Source: Bacteroidales bacterium UBA6445 (GTDB lineage: Bacteria; Bacteroidota; Bacteroidia; Bacteroidales; UBA932). From it: a DNA stretch of 64,000 nt. Below the pieces are notes generated by a model. It did no database searches and was not told the DNA's origin. It saw only the letters and a program-made list of their open reading frames with translations. Every line of letters starts with the position of its first letter. Position 1 is the stretch's first letter. The stretch is from contig DJOF01000021.1 of assembly GCA_002439585.1 (NCBI GenBank), positions 65,198-129,197 of the forward strand. The letters run 5' to 3'. Below are positions 19,900 through 29,272 of the stretch, in pieces. The position numbers and the translations under genes were made by a program.

Positions 19900-21588
19900 T
19901 TAGGCACAGAACATAAGCATCAGCAGTTGGGCTGTGATGAGACGGACGAACATACATACCGGATATACCGTGGCGTAGGCTACTGAAGGCTCATCATTGT
20001 CCACTGTGCCGAGTACATAGTCAAGTACTATGGGATTGGCCATTGCACCACATAGCATACCTGTGTTTGCGGCGTATTTAACTTTTGAAAACTTTCCGGC
20101 TATGAGCCCTATGATGATTACCGGTATAATCGCCATTAGCAGGCTTATTCCTATCCATGCAAGACCTTCAGGTCTGAATACAGTCTCGAAAAATCCTGGT
20201 CCTGCGCTTAGTCCAAGTCCTGCGAGATAAACTGTCATACCGAACTGGCGAAGCATAAGATTGGCGCTGTGAGTCGTGTATGTGGTGATGTGAAGCCGCG
20301 GGCCGTAAGCTCCCATAAGGATGCCAATGATTATAGGTCCACCTGCTATACCGAGTTTGACAGGAACGCTTATTCCAGGGATTGCTATCGGAATGCTTCC
20401 AAGAAGAAGTCCGGCGATGATGCCCACGAAGATGGAGAACAGGTTTGGATTGCGGAGTTCTTTGGCCTGGTTGCCGAGGACTTCGGCCACGCGCCTTATT
20501 GCCTGGTCCTGTCCTACGATCGTGAGTCTGTCTCCAAGCTGAAGCCTCAGGTTGCTGGACGGAAGTATGTCGATGCCGGCCCTGGTAACCCTGGTTATGT
20601 TGATGCCGTATGCATTGCGAAGATGCAGTTCCCCGAGTTTGTACCCATCCATATTCGGCTTGGTGACAAGAACATGTCGGGATACAAGGGTGCCGTCTAT
20701 GGTGTTCCAGTCTATGTCTCGTTTGTTCCAATCCTTGTCTGCTTTTTCTCCGAAGATTCTGGTGGCGGCATCAACGTCTTTCTCTTTCGTGAGTACAAGA
20801 ACATGCTCTCCCTCTTCTAGAATCGTGTCTCCACTCGGTATGATGACTTGCCCGACACCTTCTTCCTTACCGGTGTATTTCCATACACGGGATACTACAA
20901 TGCGTATCGGCTCGTCCTTCATTATGTCCCTAATGGTTCTGCCAAATAATCCCGGATTAGTCACCCTGAACTCCGTGATGAATGTCTGATTCTCCTGAGG
21001 ATCGCTCCCACTGGATTTCGATTGGAACAGAGCCTTTAGAATCACTACGCAGATGATGACTCCTATGATTCCGAACGGATAGCCTACAGCACATGCCATG
21101 GCCATGGTATTGGATATGTCGCTTGCCGACGGGTCTATCTCAAGCATTGACTGCTGTGCGGCACCGAGCATCGGAGTGTTTGTGGCCGCGCCAGAAAGAA
21201 GCCCCATTGATACGGGGAACGAGATGCCGAATAACTGCCATATTCCTATTGTCATTCCGATTCCGAGCAGGATGACGCCCATTGCAAGCAAGTTGAGTTT
21301 CATGCCTCCTTTTTTGAGCGAGGGGAAAAAACTCGGTCCCACTTGAACGCCAAGAGAATATATGAACAGTATGAGTCCGAAATTCTGTGCGAGGGCAAGC
21401 ATTGCTGGATCAATCTGCAGGCCGAGATGTCCTACAACAATTCCTGCGAAGAATACGAATGTGACTCCGAGCGATACTCCTTTTATCTTGATTTTCTTGC
21501 ACGCCAGTCCCAAGGCACTTATGAGTGCGAGCACTACAATTGCCTGTACGAATGTCTTCTGGGTGAAGACGTCTGTCAACCAATCCAT
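19900..21588 (-). CDS. AspT/YidE/YbjL-family transporter with two TrkA-C domains
   Basis: Duplicated TM domains (GLILFIYSLGVQVGP, GAATNTPMLG, YATVYP) flank two TrkA-C-like soluble domains. Confidence 0.88.
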   Translation of the reverse strand: MDWLTDVFTQKTFVQAIVVLALISALGLACKKIKIKGVSLGVTFVFFAGIVVGHLGLQIDPAMLALAQNFGLILFIYSLGVQVGPSFFPSLKKGGMKLNLLAMGVILLGIGMTIGIWQLFGISFPVSMGLLSGAATNTPMLGAAQQSMLEIDPSASDISNTMAMACAVGYPFGIIGVIICVVILKALFQSKSSGSDPQENQTFITEFRVTNPGLFGRTIRDIMKDEPIRIVVSRVWKYTGKEEGVGQVIIPSGDTILEEGEHVLVLTKEKDVDAATRIFGEKADKDWNKRDIDWNTIDGTLVSRHVLVTKPNMDGYKLGELHLRNAYGINITRVTRAGIDILPSSNLRLQLGDRLTIVGQDQAIRRVAEVLGNQAKELRNPNLFSIFVGIIAGLLLGSIPIAIPGISVPVKLGIAGGPIIIGILMGAYGPRLHITTYTTHSANLMLRQFGMTVYLAGLGLSAGPGFFETVFRPEGLAWIGISLLMAIIPVIIIGLIAGKFSKVKYAANTGMLCGAMANPIVLDYVLGTVDNDEPSVAYATVYPVCMFVRLITAQLLMLMFCA

Positions 21589-21638
21589 GTCCTAATATTA
21601 TAGCTGATCCCCGCCACGTGAAGCAGGCTGTGAATGCG

Positions 21639-21697
21639 CAAAAGTAGGAAAAAAACGGAACATTGCATCGTCTTAACATGGAATTTAGCTACCTTTG
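21639..21697. promoter_or_regulatory. Divergent -7 promoter boxes
   Basis: CAAAAGTA at 21639-46 (TACTTTTG on -) and TACCTTTG at 21690-97. Confidence 0.65.
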
Positions 21698-21725
21698 CAT
21701 CCGTTAGTATGAAAATGTTTTGCAG

Positions 21726-22601
21726 ATGATAAAATCAATGACAGGATACGGCAAGGCGTCCGTTGCCATTGCCGGCGGGAGCATTACCATAGAGATAAGG
21801 ACTCTGAACGGAAAGACAGCGGACATCAATATAAAGACACCGCTTCTGCCAAAGGATAAAGAGTTGGTAATCAGGCAGATGCTCTCCAAGAGACTAACGA
21901 GAGGTACGGTTGACTTCTATATGAATTACGATGCCAATGCCGCCTCTGCTGCAAAGACGATAAATACTGCAGTTGTCGAAGAATATTTCACAAGGATCAG
22001 GGAAATCAGCGAGAGGCTCGGTGTAAAAGACAATGGTGCGTCTTGTCTTGAAGCAGTCCTGAGATTTCCAGATATATTCGAGGGAGGACGTCAGGAGATA
22101 ATAGGAGATGACAATTGGTCTGAAGTAGAATCGGCCATATCGGCTGCCATAGATGCCGTATGCGACTATAGGGAGAGAGAAGGTGCTGCTCTATACAAAG
22201 ACGTGACAAGGAGGGTTGCCGGCATTCTGGTCATGGAAGATGAAGTTGAAGCTCTTGAGCCTGAGCGGATAGCAGCGGTAAGGTCTCGTATAGAGAAAGC
22301 TCTTGCCGACATGCAGGTCAAGACTGATCCGGCTCGCTTCGAGGAAGAGATGATCTATTATCTTGAGAAACTCGACATCAACGAAGAGAAGGTGCGTCTT
22401 CGCCAGCATTGCAAATATTTCATGGATACGATCGATGGAGAGGACTATCCTGGCAAGAAGCTTGGCTTCATTATCCAAGAGATGGGCCGAGAGATCAATA
22501 CAACCGGGTCGAAGGCCAATTTCGCTCCTATCCAGCAGATAGTCGTTAGGATGAAGGATGAACTCGAGAAGATAAGGGAACAGTCAATGAATATACTGTA
22601 A
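21726..22601 (+). CDS. yicC: YicC/YloC family endoribonuclease
   Basis: MIKSMTGYG, EKLDINEEKVRL, GKKLGFIIQEMGREINTTGSK and ELEKIREQ motifs. Confidence 0.93.
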   Translation: MIKSMTGYGKASVAIAGGSITIEIRTLNGKTADINIKTPLLPKDKELVIRQMLSKRLTRGTVDFYMNYDANAASAAKTINTAVVEEYFTRIREISERLGVKDNGASCLEAVLRFPDIFEGGRQEIIGDDNWSEVESAISAAIDAVCDYREREGAALYKDVTRRVAGILVMEDEVEALEPERIAAVRSRIEKALADMQVKTDPARFEEEMIYYLEKLDINEEKVRLRQHCKYFMDTIDGEDYPGKKLGFIIQEMGREINTTGSKANFAPIQQIVVRMKDELEKIREQSMNIL

Positions 22602-22604
22602 GTC

Positions 22605-23510
22605 ATGTGGGTGGCTTATGCCTTGGCTTCTGCCTGTCTTCTTGGCCTGTATGACGTATTCAAAAAGGAGGCTCTTACGGACAATGCCGTAATACCTGTC
22701 CTCTTCCTCAATACACTGTTCTGCTCCCTTCTTTTCACTCCCTCTATCGTTGGCTCTGCCATAGGAGTTTTCGGTGAGGGGAGTTCTATGTATGTGCATA
22801 GTGGAGGTTTGCGCGGGCATCTTCTTGTGATACTCAAGTCCGTGATAGTGCTTGGCTCGTGGATCTGCGGCTACTATGCCATCAAGAAGCTTCCTCTTAC
22901 CATTGTAGGGCCTATCAACGCTACGCGTCCGGTACTTACCCTTATTGGAGGAATGCTTATTTTCGGGGAGAGGCTCAATCTTCTCCAATGGGCAGGAGTC
23001 TGCACAGCTGTGCTTTCATTCTATCTTCTTAGCCGGAGCGGCAAGAAAGAAGGTATTGATTTTAAGTCAAATGTATGGGTTCTGCTTCTGATAGTAGCTG
23101 CAGTATTAGGTGCGGTGAGCGGCCTGTATGACAAATTTCTGATGTCATCGCGGGGCGCGGCTCTTGACAGACTTTTCGTCCAAGGGTGGTACAATGTGTA
23201 CCAGTGCCTCATGATGGGAGCTATCGTGATCACAATATGGCTTCCGGAGAAGCCACGCACGTTATTCTCATGGAAATGGTCCATTCCCCTTATCTCCATC
23301 TCGCTTACAGCAGCTGATCTCTTCTACCTTTATGCTCTTACATTGCCTGACGCGATGATATCTGTTGTGTCAATGATAAGAAGAAGCAGCGTACTTGTCT
23401 CATTCTGTTTCGGAGTCTTGATCTTACATGAGAAGAATGCCAGATCCAAGGCAACAGACTTGCTGCTTGTCCTCCTTAGTCTTGTCCTCCTGCTTGTAGG
23501 TACACTTTAG
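22605..23510 (+). CDS. EamA/DMT family transporter
   Basis: About 10 hydrophobic segments in two repeats; LIFGERL and ILHEK motifs. Confidence 0.85.
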   Translation: MWVAYALASACLLGLYDVFKKEALTDNAVIPVLFLNTLFCSLLFTPSIVGSAIGVFGEGSSMYVHSGGLRGHLLVILKSVIVLGSWICGYYAIKKLPLTIVGPINATRPVLTLIGGMLIFGERLNLLQWAGVCTAVLSFYLLSRSGKKEGIDFKSNVWVLLLIVAAVLGAVSGLYDKFLMSSRGAALDRLFVQGWYNVYQCLMMGAIVITIWLPEKPRTLFSWKWSIPLISISLTAADLFYLYALTLPDAMISVVSMIRRSSVLVSFCFGVLILHEKNARSKATDLLLVLLSLVLLLVGTL

Positions 23511-23754
23511 AAGCAGCCTAGCCAGATCGCTCCTTGCGATATGATCCTATTCCTTCTTGCCTCACAAAGTAGCAGGGAGTCGGACGTAAATAAGCCGGAA
23601 GATTTTTGTATTTTTGCATGATTGACGCAATGTTGCATATTCTGCAGTTTAAGCGTGCAGGCTTGACAACCTGCACCAGGCTTTAGTCTTATGATGTGGG
23701 TTAAGATGGATATTGCAATGGTTTGTATTACAGTATTTTGATAGATAAATATCT

Positions 23755-24855
23755 ATGATGACAAGAAGAATATTTGCTCTATATACTTTGTTTTCTTTCT
23801 CCCTTGTGGCTTTCGGGCAGATAAAGACAGACGGAGTCGGAGCGGAAATAGACGGAAAAGTACGTCTTAGTGAGGTTGTGCATGATTTCGGAGACGTCGT
23901 TACGAAGCAGGGTCCGCTTACTTGCACATTTACAGTAGAGAATATATCGTCTGCTCCTATTGCGATCTACAATGTTGCCTCGTCTTGCGGGTGCACGGAC
24001 GTGACCTGGACAAGAGAACCGATAAGACCGGGAGCAAAAGGCTTTGTAAAGGCGACTTATACCAATGATGAAGGCCCATATCCGTTCGACAAGACCCTTA
24101 CGGCCTATATCTCAGGTCTCCGCAAGCCGGTGGTGCTTCGCCTCAGAGGCGTTGCTCATGACAAGAAGCTCAGCCTTAGAGAATTGTATCCGATAGATCT
24201 CGGTGGGCTGGGGTTTAGAAGTACGGATCTCAATGCCGGCAACTTGTCTCAAGGTGGGCAGCGAGGCGATGCGGTAAGGGTGGCCAATCTGACATCGGCC
24301 CCTGTGCGTGTGAGTTTCTACGATGTGACCTCAGGCCTATCTATGCATATAGAGCCCAATCCCGTACCTGCAGGTGGGGAATCACTCTTGTCTTATGTTG
24401 TTACAGCAGATCGTGCAAGGTGGGGGGAGAATTTCTATACGGCTGTGCCAGTTGTAAACGGTAAACCCTGCGGCAGGTTGAAAGTGCGAGCCTTTACCAA
24501 AGAGGATTTCTCATCTCTGACACCGGCTCAGAAAGAAGCAGCTCCTTGTCCGGTATTTTCTTCGTCAGCCGTAGATATCGGTAATGTAAGACGTGGGACC
24601 ATGGCTACCGCTACATTTGACTACAGGAATACCGGGGAAAGTGCTTTCCATATATATAAAGTAGATACGGACAGCAAAGCCGTGAGTCTGTCGGGACGTC
24701 TTGAGGATACTCCTTCTGGAGGAGAAGGCAGTCTGTCTTTTGGCATTGATACAGGAATGCTTCCTGAAGGCGATGCTGAGGTGGTTATCCTTCTTACGAC
24801 TAATTCGGCGATTAGGCCAGTTATAAGTCTGTATATTAACGGGAACGTAATATGA
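23755..24855 (+). CDS. Secreted DUF1573 domain protein
   Basis: Signal peptide; HDFG...F...N....PI.I..V.SSCGCT..W...PI.PG motif, followed by two related Ig-like repeats. Confidence 0.82.
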   Translation: MMTRRIFALYTLFSFSLVAFGQIKTDGVGAEIDGKVRLSEVVHDFGDVVTKQGPLTCTFTVENISSAPIAIYNVASSCGCTDVTWTREPIRPGAKGFVKATYTNDEGPYPFDKTLTAYISGLRKPVVLRLRGVAHDKKLSLRELYPIDLGGLGFRSTDLNAGNLSQGGQRGDAVRVANLTSAPVRVSFYDVTSGLSMHIEPNPVPAGGESLLSYVVTADRARWGENFYTAVPVVNGKPCGRLKVRAFTKEDFSSLTPAQKEAAPCPVFSSSAVDIGNVRRGTMATATFDYRNTGESAFHIYKVDTDSKAVSLSGRLEDTPSGGEGSLSFGIDTGMLPEGDAEVVILLTTNSAIRPVISLYINGNVI

Positions 24856-25808
24856 TACCTGTCTTGCATGTTGTTGGGGTCTCTGGCTCTGAAGGCGGTG
24901 TACCTCACGCTATAGTAGCCGCATTGGAGGAGAGTTTTTATATCTGCTTACTGGCCATGACGATGATGGTTCTGATAGAGCTCTTCAACGTCACGACTAA
25001 GGGACGGCTATTCCGCGACATAGGCCGCCATAGGTTTGGACAGATAGCCATCACTGCGGCTCTCGGACTGATACCGGGCTGCATTGGGGGGTTTGCCGGA
25101 GTGTCACTGTATTCGCATAGGATAGTGAGTTTTGGTGCACTTCTCGCTCTGCTTGTTACGACGACAGGCGATGAGGCCTTCTTGATGCTGGCTTCATTTC
25201 CCGGCACGGCTGTCGCTATGATTGCAGGCTTATATGTGTTGGGAGTGATTGCAGGATATGTGACAGACAGGATAATGAGTAGAAAGAAGCCTCTTCCTTT
25301 ATCTGGAGATATGCATGTTGACGACAACTATGAGATCCACGCCTGTGACTGCGAATCGCTGGAGAGGGAGCACGAGCATTCCCACGGCCATGCCCATGGT
25401 AGAAACACGGGCAAAGTCAAGCATTTCCTCCGCGAACATGTATGGCATCATGTGATAAGACGTCATCTGCCCACAATATTTGCATGGTCATTTGGAGTAC
25501 TTGCTATTTTTGGAGTCCTTGGGCAATATGTCGATATTGAAAGTTGGGTAAGAGGCAATTCCTCACTCATGATAATTCTCGCAGTGCTTATTGGTATGAT
25601 CCCCGAGTCGGGTCCTCATATGGTTTTCGTCACAATGTTTGCCCATGGCCTCCTTCCTTTTCCTGTGCTGCTTGCAAGTTCAATCGCGCAGGACGGACAT
25701 TCCTGCTTGCCTCTTATTGCCGAGAATAAGGAGAGTTTCTTCGTTGCCAAGGCTATCAAGGCAGTGCTTGCTCTTGCTGTAGGATTTACCGCCATGCTCT
25801 TCGTCTGA
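24852..25808 (+). CDS. Putative manganese/metal transporter (permease with His-rich loop)
   Basis: LGLIPGC.G, TTGDEAF, IPESGPH and SIAQDGH motifs, with an HEHSHGHAHG loop. Confidence 0.78.
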   Translation: MIPVLHVVGVSGSEGGVPHAIVAALEESFYICLLAMTMMVLIELFNVTTKGRLFRDIGRHRFGQIAITAALGLIPGCIGGFAGVSLYSHRIVSFGALLALLVTTTGDEAFLMLASFPGTAVAMIAGLYVLGVIAGYVTDRIMSRKKPLPLSGDMHVDDNYEIHACDCESLEREHEHSHGHAHGRNTGKVKHFLREHVWHHVIRRHLPTIFAWSFGVLAIFGVLGQYVDIESWVRGNSSLMIILAVLIGMIPESGPHMVFVTMFAHGLLPFPVLLASSIAQDGHSCLPLIAENKESFFVAKAIKAVLALAVGFTAMLFV

Positions 25809-26091
25809 TATTAGTTGTCAATAAAAGTATGACTTCATATCGGCTGACGGTAAGACGGATTCGTCTGATATTCTAAATCTGTTGTGTTACTTACTTACGA
25901 TATTGTTACCTCTTATCGTCTGGCTATGGGAAATGAGACTGATGCTTGTAACCTTTGGAAAAAAGCCTTAACTTTAGAGATGAAACCGCAGGTGAAGGAT
26001 GCGTATATCCCAGCAACTGTCCAGATTCGGTGATGACAGATAAATTCAGTGAGCCGTAAGTCGCCTTGATTCATAGATAAAAGATAACGAT

Positions 26092-26772
26092 ATGAAAAAA
26101 GCATTTGCAATTGCAGCGGTCATAGGATCGTGCATTTCAGTTTTTGGTCTAAATGCTCAGAATGAGAAGACTTTCCTTGATGACTACGAGTCAGTCAATT
26201 TCTATGGTGTGGATTTCTCATTGACCAAAGTAATAGGTGCGTCGGAATCTTCTTACGAGTTTCTTGCGGCATTCGAGAAGATTGACAGCCTCATAGTTAC
26301 AGAACCTGAAAAATATGTAGATGGCATAGCAAAACGTCTCAATAAGGATATTTCCTATGTCAATATCGCTCCTACTCTTGCCCACATAAAGGATATTGAC
26401 CCTGATGAGTTGAAGGTGGAAGCAACTCCCGCTCCGCTTGACAATAAGGATATTGAGTTTGCACTTCTTGATCTTGACTATCCGAAGGCGACAGGGCTCG
26501 GCCTTGTTGTTTTTGCTGAATATCTTGACAAGACCCGCCCTGAGGGTAAGTTCAACTATGTATTCTTTGATCTTGAGACAAGGAAGATAGTGGCAGTCCT
26601 CTCATACACGGCCAAGCCGATAGGATTAGGCTTGAGAAATTACTGGGCAGGGGCTTTCAGCCGTACATTCCCTCTTATCAACCCCTCGAAGTTCTATCTT
26701 TCGGGACAGAAGCTAAAAGAAGGCTTCAAAGAAGGGTTTGAAGCCGTCAGAGATGCTGTCAAAGGCAAATGA
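26092..26772 (+). CDS. Hypothetical secreted protein
   Basis: 226 aa with signal peptide; FYGVDFS and G.GLRNYWAG motifs; lies directly upstream of recF. Confidence 0.75.
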   Translation: MKKAFAIAAVIGSCISVFGLNAQNEKTFLDDYESVNFYGVDFSLTKVIGASESSYEFLAAFEKIDSLIVTEPEKYVDGIAKRLNKDISYVNIAPTLAHIKDIDPDELKVEATPAPLDNKDIEFALLDLDYPKATGLGLVVFAEYLDKTRPEGKFNYVFFDLETRKIVAVLSYTAKPIGLGLRNYWAGAFSRTFPLINPSKFYLSGQKLKEGFKEGFEAVRDAVKGK

Positions 26773-26775
26773 CGG

Positions 26776-27876
26776 ATGGCTGTCCTCAAGAAAATAACTG
26801 TCTGCAACTATCGCAACATAGAGATGGCGGAGCTAGCATTTGCCCGTAATGTCAACTGCATTTGCGGTGGTAACGGGGAAGGCAAGACCAATCTTGTAGA
26901 CTCAATCTTCTATCTGTCCATGACAAAAAGCGCGTTCCGTTTCTCAGACAAAGACAGTATAAGACACGGAGCGACTGCTTTCTCCATAACTGGGGACTAT
27001 GCCATGGACGGGTTGCCCGAGTCTCGTTTCTCTATATCGGTAACGGCAGATGGGGAGAAGAAACTAAAGAAAGGCGCGAAAGCCTATACCCGTATTTCAG
27101 ACCATATTGGAGAGCTTCCTGTTGTCATGGTCTCACCGTATGACATATCTTTGGTGAGCGACTCGGGAGAAGAAAGACGCCGTTTCATGAATATGGTCAT
27201 ATCTCAGGTAGACAAGGAATACATGTCTTCCATGGTGGCCTACAACCGTCTTCTCGCGCAGCGCAACCAGATGCTCAAGGCTGACTTCTTTGATTCGTCG
27301 CTTCTTGAAGTCGTGGATATGAAGATGGATTCCCTCGGGGCATCGATCTATGAGAAACGCAGGAATTTCGTCTCGGGAATAGCCCCACTCATATCCAAGT
27401 ATTATTCTTTGTTGTCAGGAGGTAAGGAAAATGTCAGTATGGAGTACCGATCAGACCTTGACAAGGCTTCCCTTCAAGATCTTCTTCAGCAATCGCGCTC
27501 AAGAGACCGCCGTCTCGGCTATACCTCTGTCGGCATACAGCGCGATGATCTGCTTCTTGTTATGGACGGCTATCCTGTAAGGCAATGTGGCTCGCAGGGA
27601 CAGCAGAAGTCGTATCTTGTATCCCTCAAGTTTGCCCAGTGCGAAATGATGCGCTACAGAAGCGGTATATCGCCGATTCTCCTACTCGATGATGTGTTTG
27701 ACAAGCTTGATATGGCAAGGACATCCAATCTGCTCTCTATGGTTGCAGGAAATGAGTTCGGTCAGATATTCATAACAGACAGTAACAAGGTACGTTTGTC
27801 TGCCATAGTTGACGGGATAACTACTGACCGGGCCTATTTCGAGGCTGTCTCAGGAACATTCAAGGAATTGGAATGA
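26776..27876 (+). CDS. recF: DNA replication/repair protein RecF
   Basis: NYRN, Walker A GGNGEGKTN, GSQGQQKS and LLLDDVFDKLD motifs. Confidence 0.95.
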   Translation: MAVLKKITVCNYRNIEMAELAFARNVNCICGGNGEGKTNLVDSIFYLSMTKSAFRFSDKDSIRHGATAFSITGDYAMDGLPESRFSISVTADGEKKLKKGAKAYTRISDHIGELPVVMVSPYDISLVSDSGEERRRFMNMVISQVDKEYMSSMVAYNRLLAQRNQMLKADFFDSSLLEVVDMKMDSLGASIYEKRRNFVSGIAPLISKYYSLLSGGKENVSMEYRSDLDKASLQDLLQQSRSRDRRLGYTSVGIQRDDLLLVMDGYPVRQCGSQGQQKSYLVSLKFAQCEMMRYRSGISPILLLDDVFDKLDMARTSNLLSMVAGNEFGQIFITDSNKVRLSAIVDGITTDRAYFEAVSGTFKELE

Positions 27877-28211
27877 AGAAGGAAAGGGTATCTCTAGAGA
27901 GGACAGATCCGGCTCCTCTTGCGGACATCGTCCCGCTTATGATAAAGTATTTTGGCCTTTCTGCAGGATTGGCATCACAATCAGTGCTTGACCTTTGGGA
28001 CAAAGTGTCGGGTGCAGGGGCATACACTCTCTCGAAATACGTCAGGGGAGGGGTTCTATATTGTAACATTTCTTCTTCCATAGTACGTAACAGACTCTAT
28101 TTCAGGCGTGCCGAGATGCTTGAGGCGATCAACAAGAGTATGCAGGACGATCCGGTCCTACCAAAGGAAGTCAAAGAAAAGTATAAACTTAAATCAATAG
28201 TATTGAGATAG
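27873..28211 (+). CDS. DUF721/DciA family protein
   Basis: Small ORF overlapping the recF stop; W..V.G.....T......G.L...ISSS..R..L pattern. Confidence 0.78.
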   Translation: MKKERVSLERTDPAPLADIVPLMIKYFGLSAGLASQSVLDLWDKVSGAGAYTLSKYVRGGVLYCNISSSIVRNRLYFRRAEMLEAINKSMQDDPVLPKEVKEKYKLKSIVLR

Positions 28212-28214
28212 GAA

Positions 28215-29261
28215 ATGCAGGATAGGATAAAGATTGTGGCTGACGATGCCGTACCGTTTCTCAAAGGTGTACTTGAGCCTTATGCAGATGTGACGTATAT
28301 CAACGGTAGCAAGATTACCAAAGAAGATCTTGCCGGAGTATCGGCTTTGGTGATAAGGACGAGGACAAAATGCAATGCGTCTTTGCTTGAAGGCACTCCG
28401 GTTAAATTTATTGCGACAGCGACTATTGGTACGGACCATATTGATTTTGACTATTGCAACACTCATCATATAATTGTGCGGAATGCGCCTGGCTGTAATG
28501 CCGGTGGGGTCGCTGAATATGTATTCTCGGCACTTTACGGATTGGCATCCCGAAGGGCAATCAACCTTACCGGTGACACTATAGGTATAATCGGGGTTGG
28601 CCATGTGGGAAGCATGGTGGAGCGGATGGGACGTGCTCTCGGCTTCAAGATCCTTAGATGTGATCCTCCAAGGGAGGCAGTTGAAGGAAAATTCGGCTTC
28701 TGTGACCTTGACTATCTGCTTGCCAATTCCCAGATAGTGACTATACATACTCCTCTAGACGAGAGTACAAGGGGCATGGCAGGCAGTCGTTTCTTCTCCA
28801 AGATGCAGGATGGTGCTTTCTTTATCAATACTTCAAGGGGAGAGGTGATGGATGATGCCGCTCTGAAAGAGGCCATACCTCGTCTCGGTCCTGTGATCAT
28901 TGATACGTGGAACAACGAGCCTAAGATTGACAGGGAGCTGCTTGATATGGTTGCCATTGCAACCCCACATATAGCAGGATACTCATACCAGGGCAAGCAG
29001 AACGGTACGGCATTGGCTGTGAGAGCATTGGCCCACTATTTCGGCTTTACCGGCCTGTACGAGTTCTTCCCGAAGACGGATCTTCAAGAAAATGAGGCTG
29101 TGAAGTTAGACCTCAGAGGAATGAATCAAGGAGAGATTGCCGCTGTATTCCAGTACAATTATCCTATATTTACAGATGATTTCATGTTAAGGGTTAACCC
29201 AGATAACTTCGATACATTAAGGGCAGAATACAAGTACAGACGAGAAATTTACATAGAATAA
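28215..29261 (+). CDS. pdxB: 4-phosphoerythronate dehydrogenase
   Basis: ATATIGTDHID, NAPGCNA, IIGVGHVG, INTSRG and TPHIAGYS..GK motifs. Confidence 0.92.
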   Translation: MQDRIKIVADDAVPFLKGVLEPYADVTYINGSKITKEDLAGVSALVIRTRTKCNASLLEGTPVKFIATATIGTDHIDFDYCNTHHIIVRNAPGCNAGGVAEYVFSALYGLASRRAINLTGDTIGIIGVGHVGSMVERMGRALGFKILRCDPPREAVEGKFGFCDLDYLLANSQIVTIHTPLDESTRGMAGSRFFSKMQDGAFFINTSRGEVMDDAALKEAIPRLGPVIIDTWNNEPKIDRELLDMVAIATPHIAGYSYQGKQNGTALAVRALAHYFGFTGLYEFFPKTDLQENEAVKLDLRGMNQGEIAAVFQYNYPIFTDDFMLRVNPDNFDTLRAEYKYRREIYIE

Positions 29262-29272
29262 GACGAAATACC

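Noticed and set aside
25985..26070. CCCAGCAACTGT resembling a cobalamin riboswitch segment
   Set aside because: The other conserved blocks (AGGGAA, CGGTG.AA.TCCG, AGCCAG) are not convincingly present. An Rfam scan would settle it.
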